From the NCBI GenBank assembly GCA_012295275.1, contig CM022672.1, positions 7,378,001 through 7,442,000 of the forward strand: a stretch of 64,000 nt of DNA. The letters are read 5' to 3'. Made by a program: the position numbers and the translations under genes. Below, piece after piece: positions 14,945 through 30,904 of the stretch (positions are counted from its first letter, which is position 1; every line of letters begins with the position of its first letter). The stretch comes from Chrysomallon squamiferum (lineage: Eukaryota > Animalia > Mollusca). The notes beneath the pieces are model-generated. The model ran no database searches, had not been told where the DNA came from, and saw nothing but the letters and a program-made list of their open reading frames with translations.

Positions 14945-15883
14945 TAAAAACTCTTGCACTTTTGTATCAGTCAAAACCTGTATTGTTGACATTCGAAAAT
15001 AAAAACTGAGGCATTTAACTAAGGTTATCTTTTCAATCAATGTTTCAGAACTGATATACAGTAACAAGTGAAAAACAAAAAAAAATAAAATAAAAAGCCA
15101 ATCTTTCGATCTTAGCGACAAAAATCTCAGTGGTTGTCGAGAAGATTTCGATTACTCGACTCTTTCAAGCGAACCATTGCATTAAACGTGTGTAAAATCT
15201 ATTTCACTTTAAAAAAAAACTGTCATCTTCATTTTACGTGTTTATCTATAACACAAAAAAAAAAACAATACATAAAAAGAACATTTTTCACGGAACTTTT
15301 CATCCCGTAACGGACTAAAAACTTCCCATTTGATGCACACTCTGTTGATAACTAATTCCCTTTCGATATGTACTCTGTCATAGCATTAGTAATACACTCT
15401 GCTATTTTAAAAACTCTATCAATTCAAACACCATGCTCGATTATTATTATTTCTCTTAATCTTCACACCCATGACTCCGAAAAACCTATTTTTCTCGCCA
15501 TGATCTCTACATCTATTGTCACTTAAGTTTCTCGTACAATCTGACCACGAGTTGGCGTGCAGTGGGGAAAAGCTTTATTGGAGCTAACAAACTGTAATAT
15601 TAAATGCTTTCTAAACATTAGTTTCGCTTGACTAAAACTCGCGAGGATACTTAGACATAATGGGGTGCTAACAAGAAGACTTTTCTATGGCTGTTTCTCT
15701 CTACATGGACTGTTTTATATGGCTACTTCTTCCCGAAATCTCCTTACCGTTCTTCAGTCTCCCGTCACGCCAGAGCTGACAGTAATAAGCTGTGGTACTG
15801 AAATAGATCATAATTTACTGTTCAGCGAAATATAACGGTATGGATTAGCTGTTAATCTGAAAGACAAATTAAAAAATATATAA

Positions 15884-15928
<45 letters not shown>

Positions 15929-17904
15929 GGCTAAAGATTTATCTGAAAGACATAGGAATCAAAGAGAAGACATATATATATATATGATTATTCATACGCC
16001 TAGGTATCAGACTGATAGGCGTTTCGATTGTTCCGCTGATGTATCGATTTATTTGTGTCAATATTTCTGTATTACAAAATAAAAGAAACGGTTCAAATAT
16101 AGAATTTTGATTTTTTTAATTATTCGATAGGTTTATTACCTATTTGTATGAAACGAACGTTTGAATATCTAATTAGGGCAGTTACTTTAACGTGTACAAA
16201 CAGCTCAATTTTATTTTGTGCAGTTCCATCTTACTGCATCAAAAAAAGAAAAAAAAAAAGTGTAAATAACATCAACTTTACATGCACTGCCACTTTTTCC
16301 ATTACCAGCTATGGTCGTGACTTCATTTAAACCATGTGTGCTATTTAGCTGGGAAAACGTTAATTGTATACTGCAAGAAAAATATTTTAATTTTATCAGA
16401 AAAAAAATGAGATCAAAAAAATGATGAGCACATTATGATTATTTGTTCAAACCTGAAGTCGCGAAGACTGAAATAGTCGGAGAGTTGGCTGTGTTCAGTA
16501 CAGACCAGTTCGTGTTGCGAGAGTCGGTTATGATTCAGATACGAAACTTCGTGTCGAGCCGTTTTATTTTCATATCCATTAACAGAAGCCACGAAGCGTT
16601 ATTCACACACCCTTTACTTTGCTTTTCTCCGGCTAAATTGGATATTTCTTCAATGAACGGGTCACGCGGCTTAAAAACGAGAGGTCATCTGATGATCCCA
16701 CGAGTCACGGACCCTGGGTCATTCACTGTGATGTCCTGCTTCTTAATTGTATTATCAGTGGACAGGAGTGGACTGGACTCGAGTTTTAATTGCTCGTGGA
16801 AGTTCTTGGGAACAACACTGTGCGCGGCAGTTACCTCGGAGACGAATTAACTTTCAGTAATTTATATTTATTGAACTAATTTCAGTCTCACTGTATCTAA
16901 TAGTCATGGAAAAAGACTCGAGGGTTTGACTGTTCCGTTTTCAGTGTAATTAATAATAAACTTGATAAACACCAGTTAAAGCTGCAACAGTCACCTTCGG
17001 TAGTTAACACAACGCCATACTGCTTATGTTGTTATTAGTAGTTCCGCCCGATCGCTGAGCACCTCGGTTTTTGAACAGCTAATTCACTTAACGTTTGTTG
17101 TTTTTGGGTTTTTGTTTTTTTTCGAGCTAAACGTAAATATAAACATTTGGTTAATCCTGGTGCTGTGAGCAAAAAAGTCAAATTAATACTGACGTACAGA
17201 ACAAAACGGATTTATGTCAAAATAAAAAACGAAATGGTCGAAGAATTAAATTTAATAAAAGTATATATATAAATCCCTTTCGTATTTTCACTAGCCAAAG
17301 ATTGGCAAATAAATATATTAAAATTCACACTGTCGCAGTTTATCTTTCAGTAAAATATGGCTGTCTTCAGGCAATCTGCTTAAGTTAGAAATAATATGCA
17401 TAGATCGTCTTCAGCAGGATCAGTATTTCACTGTCTGACACATTTCCACACAACTGGTTAAATCAGAACCATCAATCTTTTGGCCAGTTGCTAGAAGAGC
17501 TCTCGAGTTTGGGGAAATTCCCGGTGAGAGCTATTAGCAAACCAAATCAGCGGGCTTCATTTGATTTACCTCCAGTCGTTCTGCCCTGCTCACTCACATA
17601 TCTCAGCACTTAATGACTGTCCTCTCTGAGACGTATTCAATCCTTCCAGTAGATAATGATTCAAACAGTCCGTTTTTTTACTCCAAAACCGTATTTTTAT
17701 TTTGAGGGGCTGCGGAATTGGGGGGGCTGGGTTGTTCAGAGAATGGAAAGCTAGATCTTAATTTAATTCATCTACTTTCAATTACGTACAACCACTAATT
17801 AACACATTATGCACATGTACATGCACACACGAAACACTCGCATTTGTATATTTTATAACATTTTTGTAAATAAAAAGTGTATAGCTGTGTTTTCTGTTTA
17901 TAAT

Positions 17905-18084
17905 AGAAGTATTAGTATTAGTAGTGGTGGTGGTGATGGCAGTAGTAGTAGACATACTAACAGTAGTAGAAATAGTTGTTGTTGTTTTTGTAACAGTAGC
18001 AGTAGTTGAAGCAGCAGAATCAGCAGTAGTTACATCAACAGCAACAACAGCAATAGAAGCAGTGGTAATAGTAATAGTAATAAC

Positions 18085-18145
<61 letters not shown>

Positions 18146-18205
18146 CTGGTAGTAGTGGCAGTAGTAGCTGTAGAAAAGGCAGCATAAACGGTGGTAATAG
18201 CAGTT
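17905..18205. repeat. Degenerate (GTA/GCA/ATA)n trinucleotide tract; similar tracts at ~2020-2260, 3660-3812, 8030-8232, 20510-20760, 22015-22150, 30770-31075
   Basis: Runs of AGT/TAG/ACT triplets giving poly-S/V/T/L/Y ORFs. Confidence 0.92.
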
Positions 18206-18557
18206 GATATTCTTTTTGTTGTATTTTCTCGGTAAAAGTACTGCACCGCATACTGTGTTTCTCTGATAGATCACATTACACAGAAAATCTTTGCAAAAAT
18301 CCATCTTTGGATCAAATCTTGTTTATTACTGAAAAAGATCAAAGAACGGTAATTAAAGTCGGATAACAAAGGCGACAGCTTTCTTCACACAGCTCAGAAG
18401 TAGTTAGCAGACAAAAACGATTGTTATCTGAGGAGAATATCGTCAGAGACTTGACAAATTTCCGCATGTCGCCCAGAATATCCACGTTGTGTGCGCATCG
18501 TTATGTGTTAGTCGTAGAGGCACGTGCACGAGTGTGAGTGTATGTGTGCGAAGGTAT

Positions 18558-18666
<109 letters not shown>

Positions 18667-20622
18667 GAACATGTGCGTGCATGCATGCATGTATCCGTGC
18701 AAGAGTGAGAAAATTATTACTCTTTAAATAATAATGATTGATTGATTGTATTTCTGCTTCGTAGTGCCTGTGACTGGATGTCTTTCTTCTGAAGCTGTGT
18801 GTTCATGCGCACAGACTATGTTTTAAATATGTGCTGATTCCATTCAAACTCTCTTCGTGCATGTGTAAAAAGTAAAGAGAGATAATGAATGAATTAATCA
18901 GCTAATTAAATAGGTCTTATATTTCTTGCTTTCATATTTTCATTTTTTTTTTCTTTACTTTTTTGCTTACTTTTAACGACCAAATGAAGAGCGAATGCTT
19001 TCTAAACGGTGAACTGATTACAAGATATTCAGGCGATAAGAAAATGCACATTGCGTCATTGACTCACTAATGAGTCTTTTCAGTTCTTTTAATATTTCAG
19101 TTTTAACGACAACTCTTCTTTCTGTAACAAGTGCTTTCTCGTTTTGAATTATGGGTAAAATGTTATTATGTACTGATAATTATGATTATCATGATGGTAA
19201 TTATGATAATGATGATATACATATACATACATTCACACACACAGACACACATACATACGTTTTCATTCATACATACATACATTATATATAATACCGTACA
19301 AACATACATACTCATAGTACAACACAACACAACGTAACAATATTACTTAACATAATACAGCATCTTAACAAAAAAATTATATTACATAACAAAAGAAAAC
19401 ATAATAACACAAGATAACAAAACATAAAATAAAATTTTTATATATATATACTTTAAAAAAGAAAAAGTAATATATACATTACTGTTCTTTTTTGTGGCAA
19501 ATAAATACAAGACCAATTTTAATACATTTGTTTTTGTTTTGAAGGTGTGTTTTTTTTTTTTTTTAATGTTGTTGTTTTAGTTGTTGTTTGATTTCTTTGG
19601 GGTTTTTCTGTGTATTTTATTACATTTTATTTTATTTTATTTTACTGTTTATCTTTGCTGGTTTTTTATTATTATACTACATTATTATTTATTTAAATTT
19701 ATTTAATTACTATAAATTCATTAACATTTTATTAGAAATGTAATTAGTACAGATCTATTAATATTAATATGTAAATAACGATAACTGTCAGTTTGTTTGT
19801 CTATTCTGTAATTACAAAGAAACAGTTGAGAATATCGACTTAAAGCTACACAGACACTGCCTCCACCACGTACGACATTCCTGTCGCGTGTAACATTACT
19901 AATGCATCACTTTGCTTTCTCTGTCAAAGAGACTCCCTGAGTTTATGTGCTTTGTTCAAAATCATCAACGTTTTCTGTACAAAACAAACACAGTGGTAAA
20001 TAAAAACCAAGAACAATACGTACCAGACGCACTGCTAATTTGTACTTACATCAACATCTGGCCTTGCGGTAAAAAAGGTATTTTAAGCACACTTAATAAG
20101 CTAGAGCTATCATGTCTGTCGATTATAATGCAAGTAATATTACAGCTGGTAAAATGCACGCGGTATTTATTGCGTTAAGTATGTTAACTTCGAACCCTAA
20201 CCGTGAGGTGGTCTTGTTTTCGTTTCACTTAGGACTAACGTAAAGGAAATATTCAATCATTTATGATAATAACTATCAATGGTGGTTAATTAACGTAGCA
20301 TGTTTCAGTCGCAGGACAGGCCACCAAGTGTTTACAGTCATTATTTAACCTGAAATGGTTAAACTGAATAATATTTATTCAGATATTAATAGCACGTAAA
20401 TATGAGGATTTTGGATAGTAGGATATATGGAGCCTTGAATATTTAACTGTCAAATTTCTTATTGTCGTATTATCTAATACAAATTATTCGCTCTCAAATT
20501 CAGATGACGGGTAATAATAATAGTTGTAGTAATAGCAGTGGTAATAGCAATAATAATAAAAAGTATCAGTAATAGTGGGAATAGTTGGGGTTATAATAGT
20601 TGTAGTAGTGCCTCTAGTAGTA

Positions 20623-20658
<36 letters not shown>

Positions 20659-20850
20659 CGTGGTGGTAGTGATAATAGTGGAAATAGTAGGAGTAGTAAT
20701 AGTAGTAGTAGTAATAATAGTGAGAGTGGTGGTAGTATTGGATGTAGAAGTAGCAGTAATGTATATTTTTTTAATTAATATTGAAATTAATATTATGTAT
20801 CATGTTATGAAAGTCTAGAAACAATGAATTCTAACACAAGCAGGCTGGAG

Positions 20851-21323
20851 TGGATCAACACATTGACAGATATGTCAGTGATAATTAAAATTTATGAATC
20901 AACACATAGATATATATGTCACTGACAATTAAAATCTATGATCAGTAATAATAAAAACCTATGGATCAATACATGGATATGGATATACATGGATCAACAC
21001 AGGGAAATATATATGTCAGTGATAACTAAAAGCTATGATCAACACACGGATATATATGTCAGTGATAACTAAAACCTATGGATCAACACACGGAATTAAA
21101 GCATATGGATCAACACACGGATATATATATGTCAGTGATAACTAAAAGCTATGATCAACACACGGATATATATGTCAGTGATAACTAAAAGCTATGGATC
21201 AACACACGGATATATATGTCAATGATAATTAAAACCTATGGATCAACACACGGATATATATGTCAATGATAATTAAAACCTATGGATCAACACACGGATA
21301 TATATGTCAGTGATAATTAAACC
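20851..21323. repeat. 44-bp minisatellite, ~10 copies including partial units
   Basis: Unit GGATCAACACACGGATATATATGTCA(G/A)TGATAA(C/T)TAAAA(C/G)CTAT, with starts at 21196, 21240 and 21284. More degenerate at the left end. Confidence 0.95.
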
Positions 21324-22068
21324 TGTCGACTCTGGATCGAAATTCGCTGTTCCTGCTGACCTCCAGCAGCACAATACTTGATTGATTCGTTTTAATACCA
21401 ACACTCAACTGAAGCCAAGAGTTGTTGAACGGTACACTCACACCTCGCTATTACTTGTCTGTAATCTTTTGTGCAAACATATCGACCCAGAGGTGCCCCC
21501 TGGCAGACTCTCCACACACGGGCGAGTTTTCGTTTAGAAATCCAGCTTTTTCGATATTTGTTTTGTGTCAAGTCAAAGACAATTTCCTTTTGATGTTAAG
21601 AGTCTGGGCGGCCATAATTTAACATTAGACATTAAAAGTCAGCTGCCGGTGCAGATGACAAACAGAAATAGTCACTCCGTCAGTGTTTATTGTTATCACT
21701 CGACTTGTAAGAAAAAGCTTATTTGATATACTCGCTCGTGTTAACAGTGTATTACTGCTCTGACGTGACACACACTTCCTGATGAACCCGGTTCCCCTTC
21801 CTCTAATCGTCTTACACTTGTTACTTACATGGATACTTATCCTGAATTATTTCCTCTGCTGTCACTGGGACGCTGTTATGTATCAAGGGTATTGGTTATC
21901 AGACCGGAAAAAAAGTAATTATTTATACCTGCTGCCTCTATTTGTTTTTGTTTTTGTTTTTGTTTTTTACTGTGAGTGGAGTGATCTCTCTATTTTATTT
22001 TACTAATATTAATGCTGTTGTTGCTGCTCTCCTGCTGCTACTACTACTACAACAACAACTACTGCTAG

Positions 22069-22115
<47 letters not shown>

Positions 22116-24275
22116 TTATTAATATTATTATTATTATAATTGTTGTTGTTATAATTTTAGTTGTTTATAAAGTTGTATCGTCAGACTGATTTTCGTTAAT
22201 TTTCATTTCTTCTTTCTTTATTGCTTTTTATTTCCTTTATATTTTCCGTAAAGACGAATTAAAAAAAACCCTTACTATAACAACAAAACAACAACATTGT
22301 TATATATATATATAACAGAATGACGTCAATACAAATTATAAATACATATTATAGCGGAGAAAATAGCGGTAGTTCTCCTAGACTTTATACATTCACAATA
22401 ATTAAAGCTACAATTCATTATTAAAGACTCACAAAAACTACATTCCAAATCTTTGATCTCTTTATACATCTGTGAACCTAAATATCACAGTGATCGATCT
22501 GCTGCTAGATTATTTTTTTTTCTAGTATAAGTGATGAATTTCTTTTCGTTTATTTCTGAAAGGCTTAGCTGGACGAAATTTGACGGAAATGTCCGAGTAT
22601 TTCGATTTTATTCAGACACCGAAGATTTGGGATGTGATCAAACGTTGTTTCATCTCTATTGCAATATTAGTTCTGCGAACGTCATTATGAGAAGCATTTG
22701 TCCTTTTTTTAAATCTTTTTTTCTTTTTTCGTTTTCTCTTTCTTTGAACTGAATAATGTTCTGGCACGCTTTAATCTTTCATAAATCGGACTCTTTTGAA
22801 TAGGTTAGATAATCAGAATACCAGTGTAAACTATTTAGATGTTTTGATATCCTCCTAAGACGAATTAAGCCTCCTTTGATTAATTCACAGAATGAAGACT
22901 TGTAAGAAAGACAGATAATCTAAATCTCTATTTCACTTTCGTTTTCTGCGCACTTTAATTTTAGAACGTAAAAGAGTACAACGGGTATTTTGACCTTCAG
23001 ACACAGACACAAAGGGGGAAAAAATGTCATCTTTTTTTTTTTTTTTTTTAAATATCTCAGATAAACAACAGGCTGTCTTCTTTAATATTTTTAACAAAAA
23101 ATATCACGAGTGTGGTTAACACTAAGCAAAAAAACATAGCAGTTCAAGAACTGTCTGATAGAAATTCTTTTATTAGCAATAATCCGTTACACATGAACGT
23201 TACCACAGACATATATTACAGAGTTGTAGACGTAGTGGCATAAACGTCAGACAGTAATAGATATCTCACAGACGTACACGCCGAAATCATAAAACACTGG
23301 TGTTATAAATGACATATCCGACACATAACATGCAGAAGTGTCATCACAAGCTATAAATATACTGATGTATATAAATATACATACATACATACACACACAC
23401 ATACATACATAGATAGATAGATAGATGGATGGATAGATAGATAGATATAGATAGAAAGATAGATAGATAGATATAGATTATAGATAAAGACATAGATATA
23501 GATATATAGATATAGATATATAGATATAGATATAGATATATAGATATAGATATAAAGATATATAGATATATAGATATAGATATAGATATATAGATACACT
23601 CTGTGACACTGTGTGTGTGTATGTGTGTATATACATAAGTATATGTATATACATACAACAGTTATGGAGCTTTAACACGTATAACATTATCCGCATGTTG
23701 CAAGTAAGTCTATAATACACATAGCTCATAATAAGTTTTGCTTTAAGAATCATGCACCTATTCACAGATAATACGACGTAGATGACAGTGACAAGGTTTA
23801 GAAAGAAATGTAAACGATAGAAGAACTGATAACAGCTGCAGACTTTGTTACACAAGTATTTGCATCGATTTACGTAATATGCCAGACCTATTGAATCAAA
23901 TATACATAAATGATAGATATTTTGATAAAAATTGTAATATATGTAATTGTATTCAGTCTAGAAAAACACAAACACAAGCACATATTAGCATACACTGTAC
24001 ATACGTATACTGAAGGGAATAAAAGAAGAAAGAGAAGATGAATAAAAAGGTATAAATAGAATGCAATATTCAAAATAATAAATAAATAAATAATAATTTA
24101 AAACACACACACGCATATATACACATACATACACATATACATATATACAACACAGATACATACGTATATATATATATATATATATATACATATATACCTG
24201 CGTACCTACATACACACGTGCATAATACGTACGGGCGTGCGTGCGTACGTACGTACATACATACATACATAAAAA

Positions 24276-24358
24276 CATATATACCATCATAAATAATTTT
24301 CATACATAATTACATACATATATACCATCATACATAATTTTCATACATAATTACATAC
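24276..24358. repeat. 41-bp tandem duplication within a (TACA)n-rich compound microsatellite (24100-24545)
   Basis: CATATATACCATCATA(A/C)ATAATTTTCATACATAATTACATA at 24276 and 24317. Confidence 0.85.
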
Positions 24359-25341
24359 ACACACACACACACATACATACATACATACACACATACACAC
24401 ATACATACATACATACATACATACACACATACATACATGCATACATACATACATACATACATACATACATACATACATACATACATACATACATACATAC
24501 ATACATACATACATACATACATACACACATACATACATACAGACATACAAACAAGTAATCATACAGAATATATAAGTAATGGTAACGCATAATAAATCAA
24601 ATAAGACACAAACTGATTTGAAATAATCTGACACAGACGAAAGCTGTAATTGACCACGCCGCTGTGGCTTTCACAAATCACGTACTAAGGAGGTTTTAGT
24701 TGTAGTACCCAGCAGTCTTAATCCTGCTTTGTGAAAACATGCTGAATACGCACAAAACACCGAGAAATCTCCATACCACGCTCAACATGCCGTGATCCTA
24801 CACAAAATGCTTTTATTCTGCTGAATCGTTTTGTCGTTAGAAGCCCAAACCTGCATCTATGAATAAGAAATGGCGGCGAGGACATTTGCCCGCTCAGTAA
24901 TACATGTCACTGCTTTTGGTAAAGTTGTAATTGTCCCGAACAAGTGAAACCAGCAAGCCCGCAGTTTGAGTTAAACCCACAGATGTCGTCAGTCGATGAT
25001 TGTAAATTAGATTTTTTTATATAAAACTTGCAGATTATGATGTTCTGTGTTTTATAGTTAAAGAACAAAAGCAACAATTTTTGGGTTTTTTTACTTGGTT
25101 TGGCGATGGACACAGTAATTAGCGATGTCAGACACGGTGCAGTACTTTGCGTGCTTGTACCATTTGTGACTTATGTTGAATGACAGTATAAATACTTTTC
25201 ACTTCCTCATTTGTCTGATGCAGTTTCTGTTTTCCCCATTACAACCATTTAAAAGTTTCCAAAATTATATAATCGTTGTTTTAATCGTTGTTTTTCTTTA
25301 AAATTTTTTCTTTTCGTCTTAATTATTTTTTCTTCTTCGTC

Positions 25342-25403
<62 letters not shown>

Positions 25404-26434
25404 TTTCCATTCCAAACAATTAAAAAAACTTAATGAACAAAATATATAGCTGAAGTATTTGAATTCTTTACGAAAGTTCATTTAATTTTTATTTATTTAT
25501 TTATCTGGACTGTATTTTTCATTTTTTCTCTCATGCACTCCCCCACTCTTTCTCTCTCAGTATCTCTCTCATGTCTACTATGTATTAGTTGGAAAATAAT
25601 TTTGCCAGTTATAGTAAAAGTAGCTTTATAAAGATATTCACACTTTGTCTCGTTTGTTCAATTGTTGGTAAACTGAAAGTCTTTGCTGGTTCTTTTGTTT
25701 TCATCATTTTTTTGCTCCTATATTCCTCCTACCACTTAAACTGATGTTATTTTAACATAAGTTAACATATTATATGAAATGCATTACGATTATTTACTTT
25801 ATTTAAGAATATTAAATGTATTAATCCTTTCATCAGTTTTTCATTTTAACTTGTAAATTAAAAAAAATTATATTTTTTCTTTTCTTTCTAACTTTTTCTT
25901 CTTTCTTTTTCTTTCTTTCTTTACTTTTCTTTTTCTTTCTTTCTTTACTTTTCTTTACTTTTCTTTACTTCTTTCTTCATTTCTTTCTTTCTCTGTTGTT
26001 ATTATAATTACTATTGTTAACTCTACTTTTCGTGTCACAGACAGAAACCCTAAAGTACAGTAAATACACACGGTCACATTAAGACCATTAAGGATATTTT
26101 CTCATCTGTTGAACCATCACAACGTTATTTCGTTAACAACGTAAACGGCACGACCAAAACATTTAAAAAGTTAAATTCTATTTCTTTTTAATCCTTAACG
26201 ACAAATTAATGTTTCTCCCGTGCGGATACGAGGCCATCTAAGATGATCAAGTGAATAAAAATTGATTGGACAGTGAATCAGAGGAATTTTTTGTTAATTT
26301 TTTTATTTTGTAGGAGGTGGAGAACCATTAGTATGTTTTCAGTAGCGCGCGCACGCGATAGTGTAATAACGTAATCACGTGGAAGAACATGCGCAGTATG
26401 TGTTTTAAAAAAATATATAAAAATGTAATTAATG

Positions 26435-26436
<2 letters not shown>

Positions 26437-26524
<88 letters not shown>

Positions 26525-27068
26525 TCTTTTTCTTTTTCTTCTTTGAGTGTTTGTTTCTTTTTATTGTTTTGTAAATCGTTTCGTCATGCTGTTCGTTTTT
26601 TTTTTTTTTTTTTTTTTTTTGTTCAGTTCTTATCCTTCTTCTTATTTTTTCTTCTTGTTTTTCTTATTTTTTCCCCTACGTGTCTTTATCTTCTTGTTTC
26701 TTTCTTTCTTTCTTTCTTTTTTTCTAATTGTTATCTTATATTTTTCCAGTTTTCCTTCTTTTTTTATTTTTGACGTTTTTCCCATCATATTATAATTTTT
26801 TATAAAACGAAATATTTTTACAGTTTTAGTAGACACATTTTATTATTATCGACTAATACAGATGTTGTTGTTGTTGTTGTTGTTGTTGTTATATTTATTG
26901 TTATTATTTAATTCAGTGATCTCATAATGTAAAATAAGAAGACAGTCGTTAATTATATATGTTGCTAACATAAAGTGACGTCATATTTTATTGTTAAGGT
27001 TATTACTTTAACATTTATAATCATCATTACCAGCTTTAACTCGGCTAATTTCATACTGTGATTTATAC
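26437..27068 (+). repeat. Dispersed duplication, longer copy: (CT)n plus ~550 bp
   Basis: Colinear, high-identity match to 44076-44598, e.g. GTAAATCGTTTCGTCATGCTGTTCG, TAAAGTGACGTCATATTTT, TCATACTGTGATTTATAC. Confidence 0.92.
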
Positions 27069-27755
27069 TGAACATTATTATCTCTGATGCTATCATATTT
27101 TTATCTCTCTAAATACTCAGTTTGCAAAAACATTACTTAGAACTGTTATGTCTACATGTCCTAGTGTCAGGGTGCTTGGTGAATTTATCTGATTGTCCTT
27201 ACATTTTTAATAATAATTTTGTCATCATAATCATAAACATTGGCATCATCATCATTATCTATCTATCAATCTGTTTGTCTATATATTTATGTCTGTCTGT
27301 CTGTCTGTCTATTTATCTATCTGTCTGTGTGTTTGTAGTTTGCCTAATACACTTATATGATCTATTAGAATCTTTTTTCCTATGTCGTAACGTTTTGCTG
27401 TCCAGTGAAGCCTTGCTACTGATAACTATTCCGAATTGTTAACTGTACGCGTTGAAAAGAATGAGAACAGAAATATGCATTTAAATATATTCATTTTATT
27501 TTTATTTTTATTATTATTATTATTTTTTTTTTTACAGTTTTTATTATGTGACATCACACATACAGTTAAATAACAAATCCATGAGATAATAATAATAATA
27601 ATAATAATAATAATAGTTGTTGTTGTTGTTATTATTGCTGTTGTTGTTTGTTGTTGTAGTTGTTGTTGTTATTATTATTATTATTATAAATAAATCAATA
27701 ACCTGAAGACTGAGCTTTACTTTTGTTATCAGAAAATGATCTTTTTCACGTTTAA

Positions 27756-27870
27756 TTTTGGTAAACCAGTCATGAAACAATGGTTAGAACGGACAAAACT
27801 CCACATACAAGACTTGATCCCGCGACTGACTGACTCATCCTCACTGAAGCACGTTTTGTCCACGGAGAAT
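27756..27870 (-). mobile_element. Fragment of the same tRNA-derived SINE (head region)
   Basis: TTTGGTAAACCAGTCATGAAACAATGGTTAGAACGGACAAAA...CTTGATCCCGCGAC...GCACGTTTTGTCCACGGAG matches the TTTGACAAACCAG / TCTGATAAATCAGT...AATGGCTGGAACGAGAAAA blocks of the other two copies. Confidence 0.5.
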
Positions 27871-28298
27871 TTCGTGTGCGTGGATCATAACGTCTTTAAA
27901 TAAACCAACTAATTTAATATTGTAACAATGAAATAGCCACGAAGGAATTTGTTTATAAATAAATAATCATAAATGTCATGTGTTTATAATTAACTACAGT
28001 CATAATTAAATTATTTAACGAAAGACAGTTAACAAAACAGGAGAAATGAGTTTCCTGTCCCTGGGATAGTGGATTATTGGTTTAGTTGATGGATAAGTAG
28101 TTCTGACCGCTGTTAAAGAGCTAGAATTGTGTAAGCATAACGGAAATATACAACGGTAAAATATTGTGTTGGTTTCTGTTGTTTATTTTCTTATTATTAT
28201 GGCGATTCCGTTAAGTATAAACTAAACTAAGTTTGGAATTTATTTTTCTTTCTTTCTTTCTTTTTTTCTTCTCCTTCTTCTTCGTCTTCTTCTTGGTG

Positions 28299-28354
<56 letters not shown>

Positions 28355-28589
28355 TTTTTATTTGTTCTTGCTGCTTTTGTTTATGTTATACTCATCATTA
28401 TAATTATTATAATAATAATTATTATTGTTGTTGTCGTTGTTGTTGGGGACATGTTTTCGTTTGTTTTAACATTTATGTTATTGTTCCTTATTCATTAATT
28501 CGATACTTTGTTGTTTCATTTTGACTGTTGTTGTTAATTGTTTTAACGTGTTTTTATTTCAAATTTGATTTATCATATTTCCTCCCAGT

Positions 28590-28672
<83 letters not shown>

Positions 28673-29973
28673 ACGTATGTGCATAAACATTTCTAGAATA
28701 AATAAGCCATTACCCTGTTTATGATCCACCTCCTGCATCTGATGTTTTTGAAATTCTGCGGTTCATGCCGAAGTGGCAACGTGCAGTAATGTCCATGTAT
28801 AATTCATAAAACAGGCAAACGCAAACTATTATAGTTTGATTTATGTGTCTGCCAATCAGTGAAAGAAAAAAAAAGATATAAAATAGCTGACTTTTTTGTC
28901 TCATCAATCAACTGTTTGTAATTTGACTGACATTCGCTGTTTACTTTTAACACGTCTGCATACTGCGCTGTTTCCCGCGCCCTTTGAAGTGAGCTGTCAA
29001 GGTCACACAGATCAACTTTAATTTGGCGGGAACTCGTTGAGTGGTGTTTAAACGGCCATTTCTATTGCTCGTCTGCAATAACTCGTCAATATACTTTATT
29101 GCGACCCTTGCTCTTTGTTAATTTCATTCTTAAGTTACTGCCATGCAATCATGTTTTTATTTCTATACCTAACTATCACCATTACATTATTATTTTTTAT
29201 TACTGTTGTTCTTTATTTGACTTTTTCTTGCAGAAAGGGGCGTTTGAATGGACGTGTCTTTTCTTTTGTTCATTTAATTCAGTACTATATTAATTAACTA
29301 ATTAGGTTATTCAGTACTACTGCTAACGTTGTGTGCTTTTGTTATATTTGTTACATTTATCTTTTCTTCATTTCAGTAGGTACAGAGAGAGACAGAAATA
29401 TAGAGAAAGATAAACAGACAGTCGGACTGTCAAACAAACATAAAGGACAGACAGACAGACTAACAAACAGACATGATAAACCAACAGACAAACAAACAGA
29501 CAGACAGAAACATAGACTGATCGAAAAAGAAAATAAAGAAAAGAAAAACAAAAAGAAACAAAGAAGAACAAACAAAATCTGGACATTTCTAAAATGCACG
29601 TGACGTCATTACATTAATACCAACCAGACGATATTTTTTTTGGACACGTTTATTTTTAAAACTTCTGAAACAACAAATCATTTTAACGTGACAGAGAAAA
29701 CAAAAACCCAATTACAAAACATGTGGGAAGATAATGCAGAAACGATGAAGAAATATAAAAAAAAAAAAAAAAAAAAAAAAGATACAGATGTTAATACAAA
29801 CGAAAAATTCACGAATGTGTTAGGAAATGAAGTAACATAATAAATCAATAACCGTGATGCATCATTTCCTTATAAGAGAGGCCGTAATATGGCGAATAAA
29901 ACGAACACGTTTTTTTTTTTTTTCGATTATCTTAAGCAGAGTAAACGAAATAAAGAAGAACTGTGACAGTGAA

Positions 29974-30071
<98 letters not shown>

Positions 30072-30864
30072 CATTATTTTCTTTCTATCAATCTTAAAAC
30101 AGTTTTGTCAAAAAATCATTGCAGATTAATAAAATAAAATAAAATAAAATATTAATAAAATAAACAAACAAACAAACAAACAAATAAATAATTGTTTCTG
30201 CAAAGATAAAACGTTCTATCATATTAGAAAAATAACTCAAAAGCACATATCTGAGATGCAGAAGGAAAAAAAAAAAAATAAAAAAAAAAACAAATTAATA
30301 ATGAAGCAAAATAACTGGACAGAAAGAAAAATAAAGTAACAATAATGGAATGATGGAGTAAATACTCAAAGGAAGAAGGAAAGGGATCAAGAAATGATGG
30401 AATAAAGAAACGTAGAAGAATCGATGCAGAGAAAAAGTAAAACGCTTCTCTTTGCTAGCAGTAACCTGAGTCTGTTTAAACTGTAACGTTACTTCTAGAT
30501 TACTGACAAACGAGTCCCCTTTAGTGTGACCAAACACTTTCTTTGAAAAAAATTAAATGGGTTTTCTACTCCCATGCAACCCAAGATTCAACTGTGAGTC
30601 TGTATATGGTACAACTGCAAGTATGTATCCATCATATATGCGTTGATATTTAAGAAAATAATCCTATTTAATAAACACATTATCAGTTGTTAAAACAAAC
30701 TTTTATCGCTCATTACAGTCAAAAATGGTCAAATTTATTATTACGTTGAAATGTCATCGTTTTTTTTCGTTATTATTTCTGTTGTCGTCATTGTTAATGT
30801 AATTATCAGCTGCAGCTTCAGCAGCAACAGTATCATCATTACTGTTGTTGTTATCGCCATTGTC

Positions 30865-30904
<40 letters not shown>

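Noticed and set aside
16443-16850. 135-aa ORF in a GC-richer island
   Set aside because: TTG start, no recognisable motif; length is compatible with chance at this GC content.
17705-17732. G-rich stretch, potential G-quadruplex
   Set aside because: Single short occurrence with uneven G-runs and no linked feature.
20851-21323. CRISPR-like appearance of the 44-bp array (also the 88-bp and 60-bp arrays)
   Set aside because: Units are head-to-tail without unique spacers of regular length, there are no cas genes, and the context is eukaryotic.
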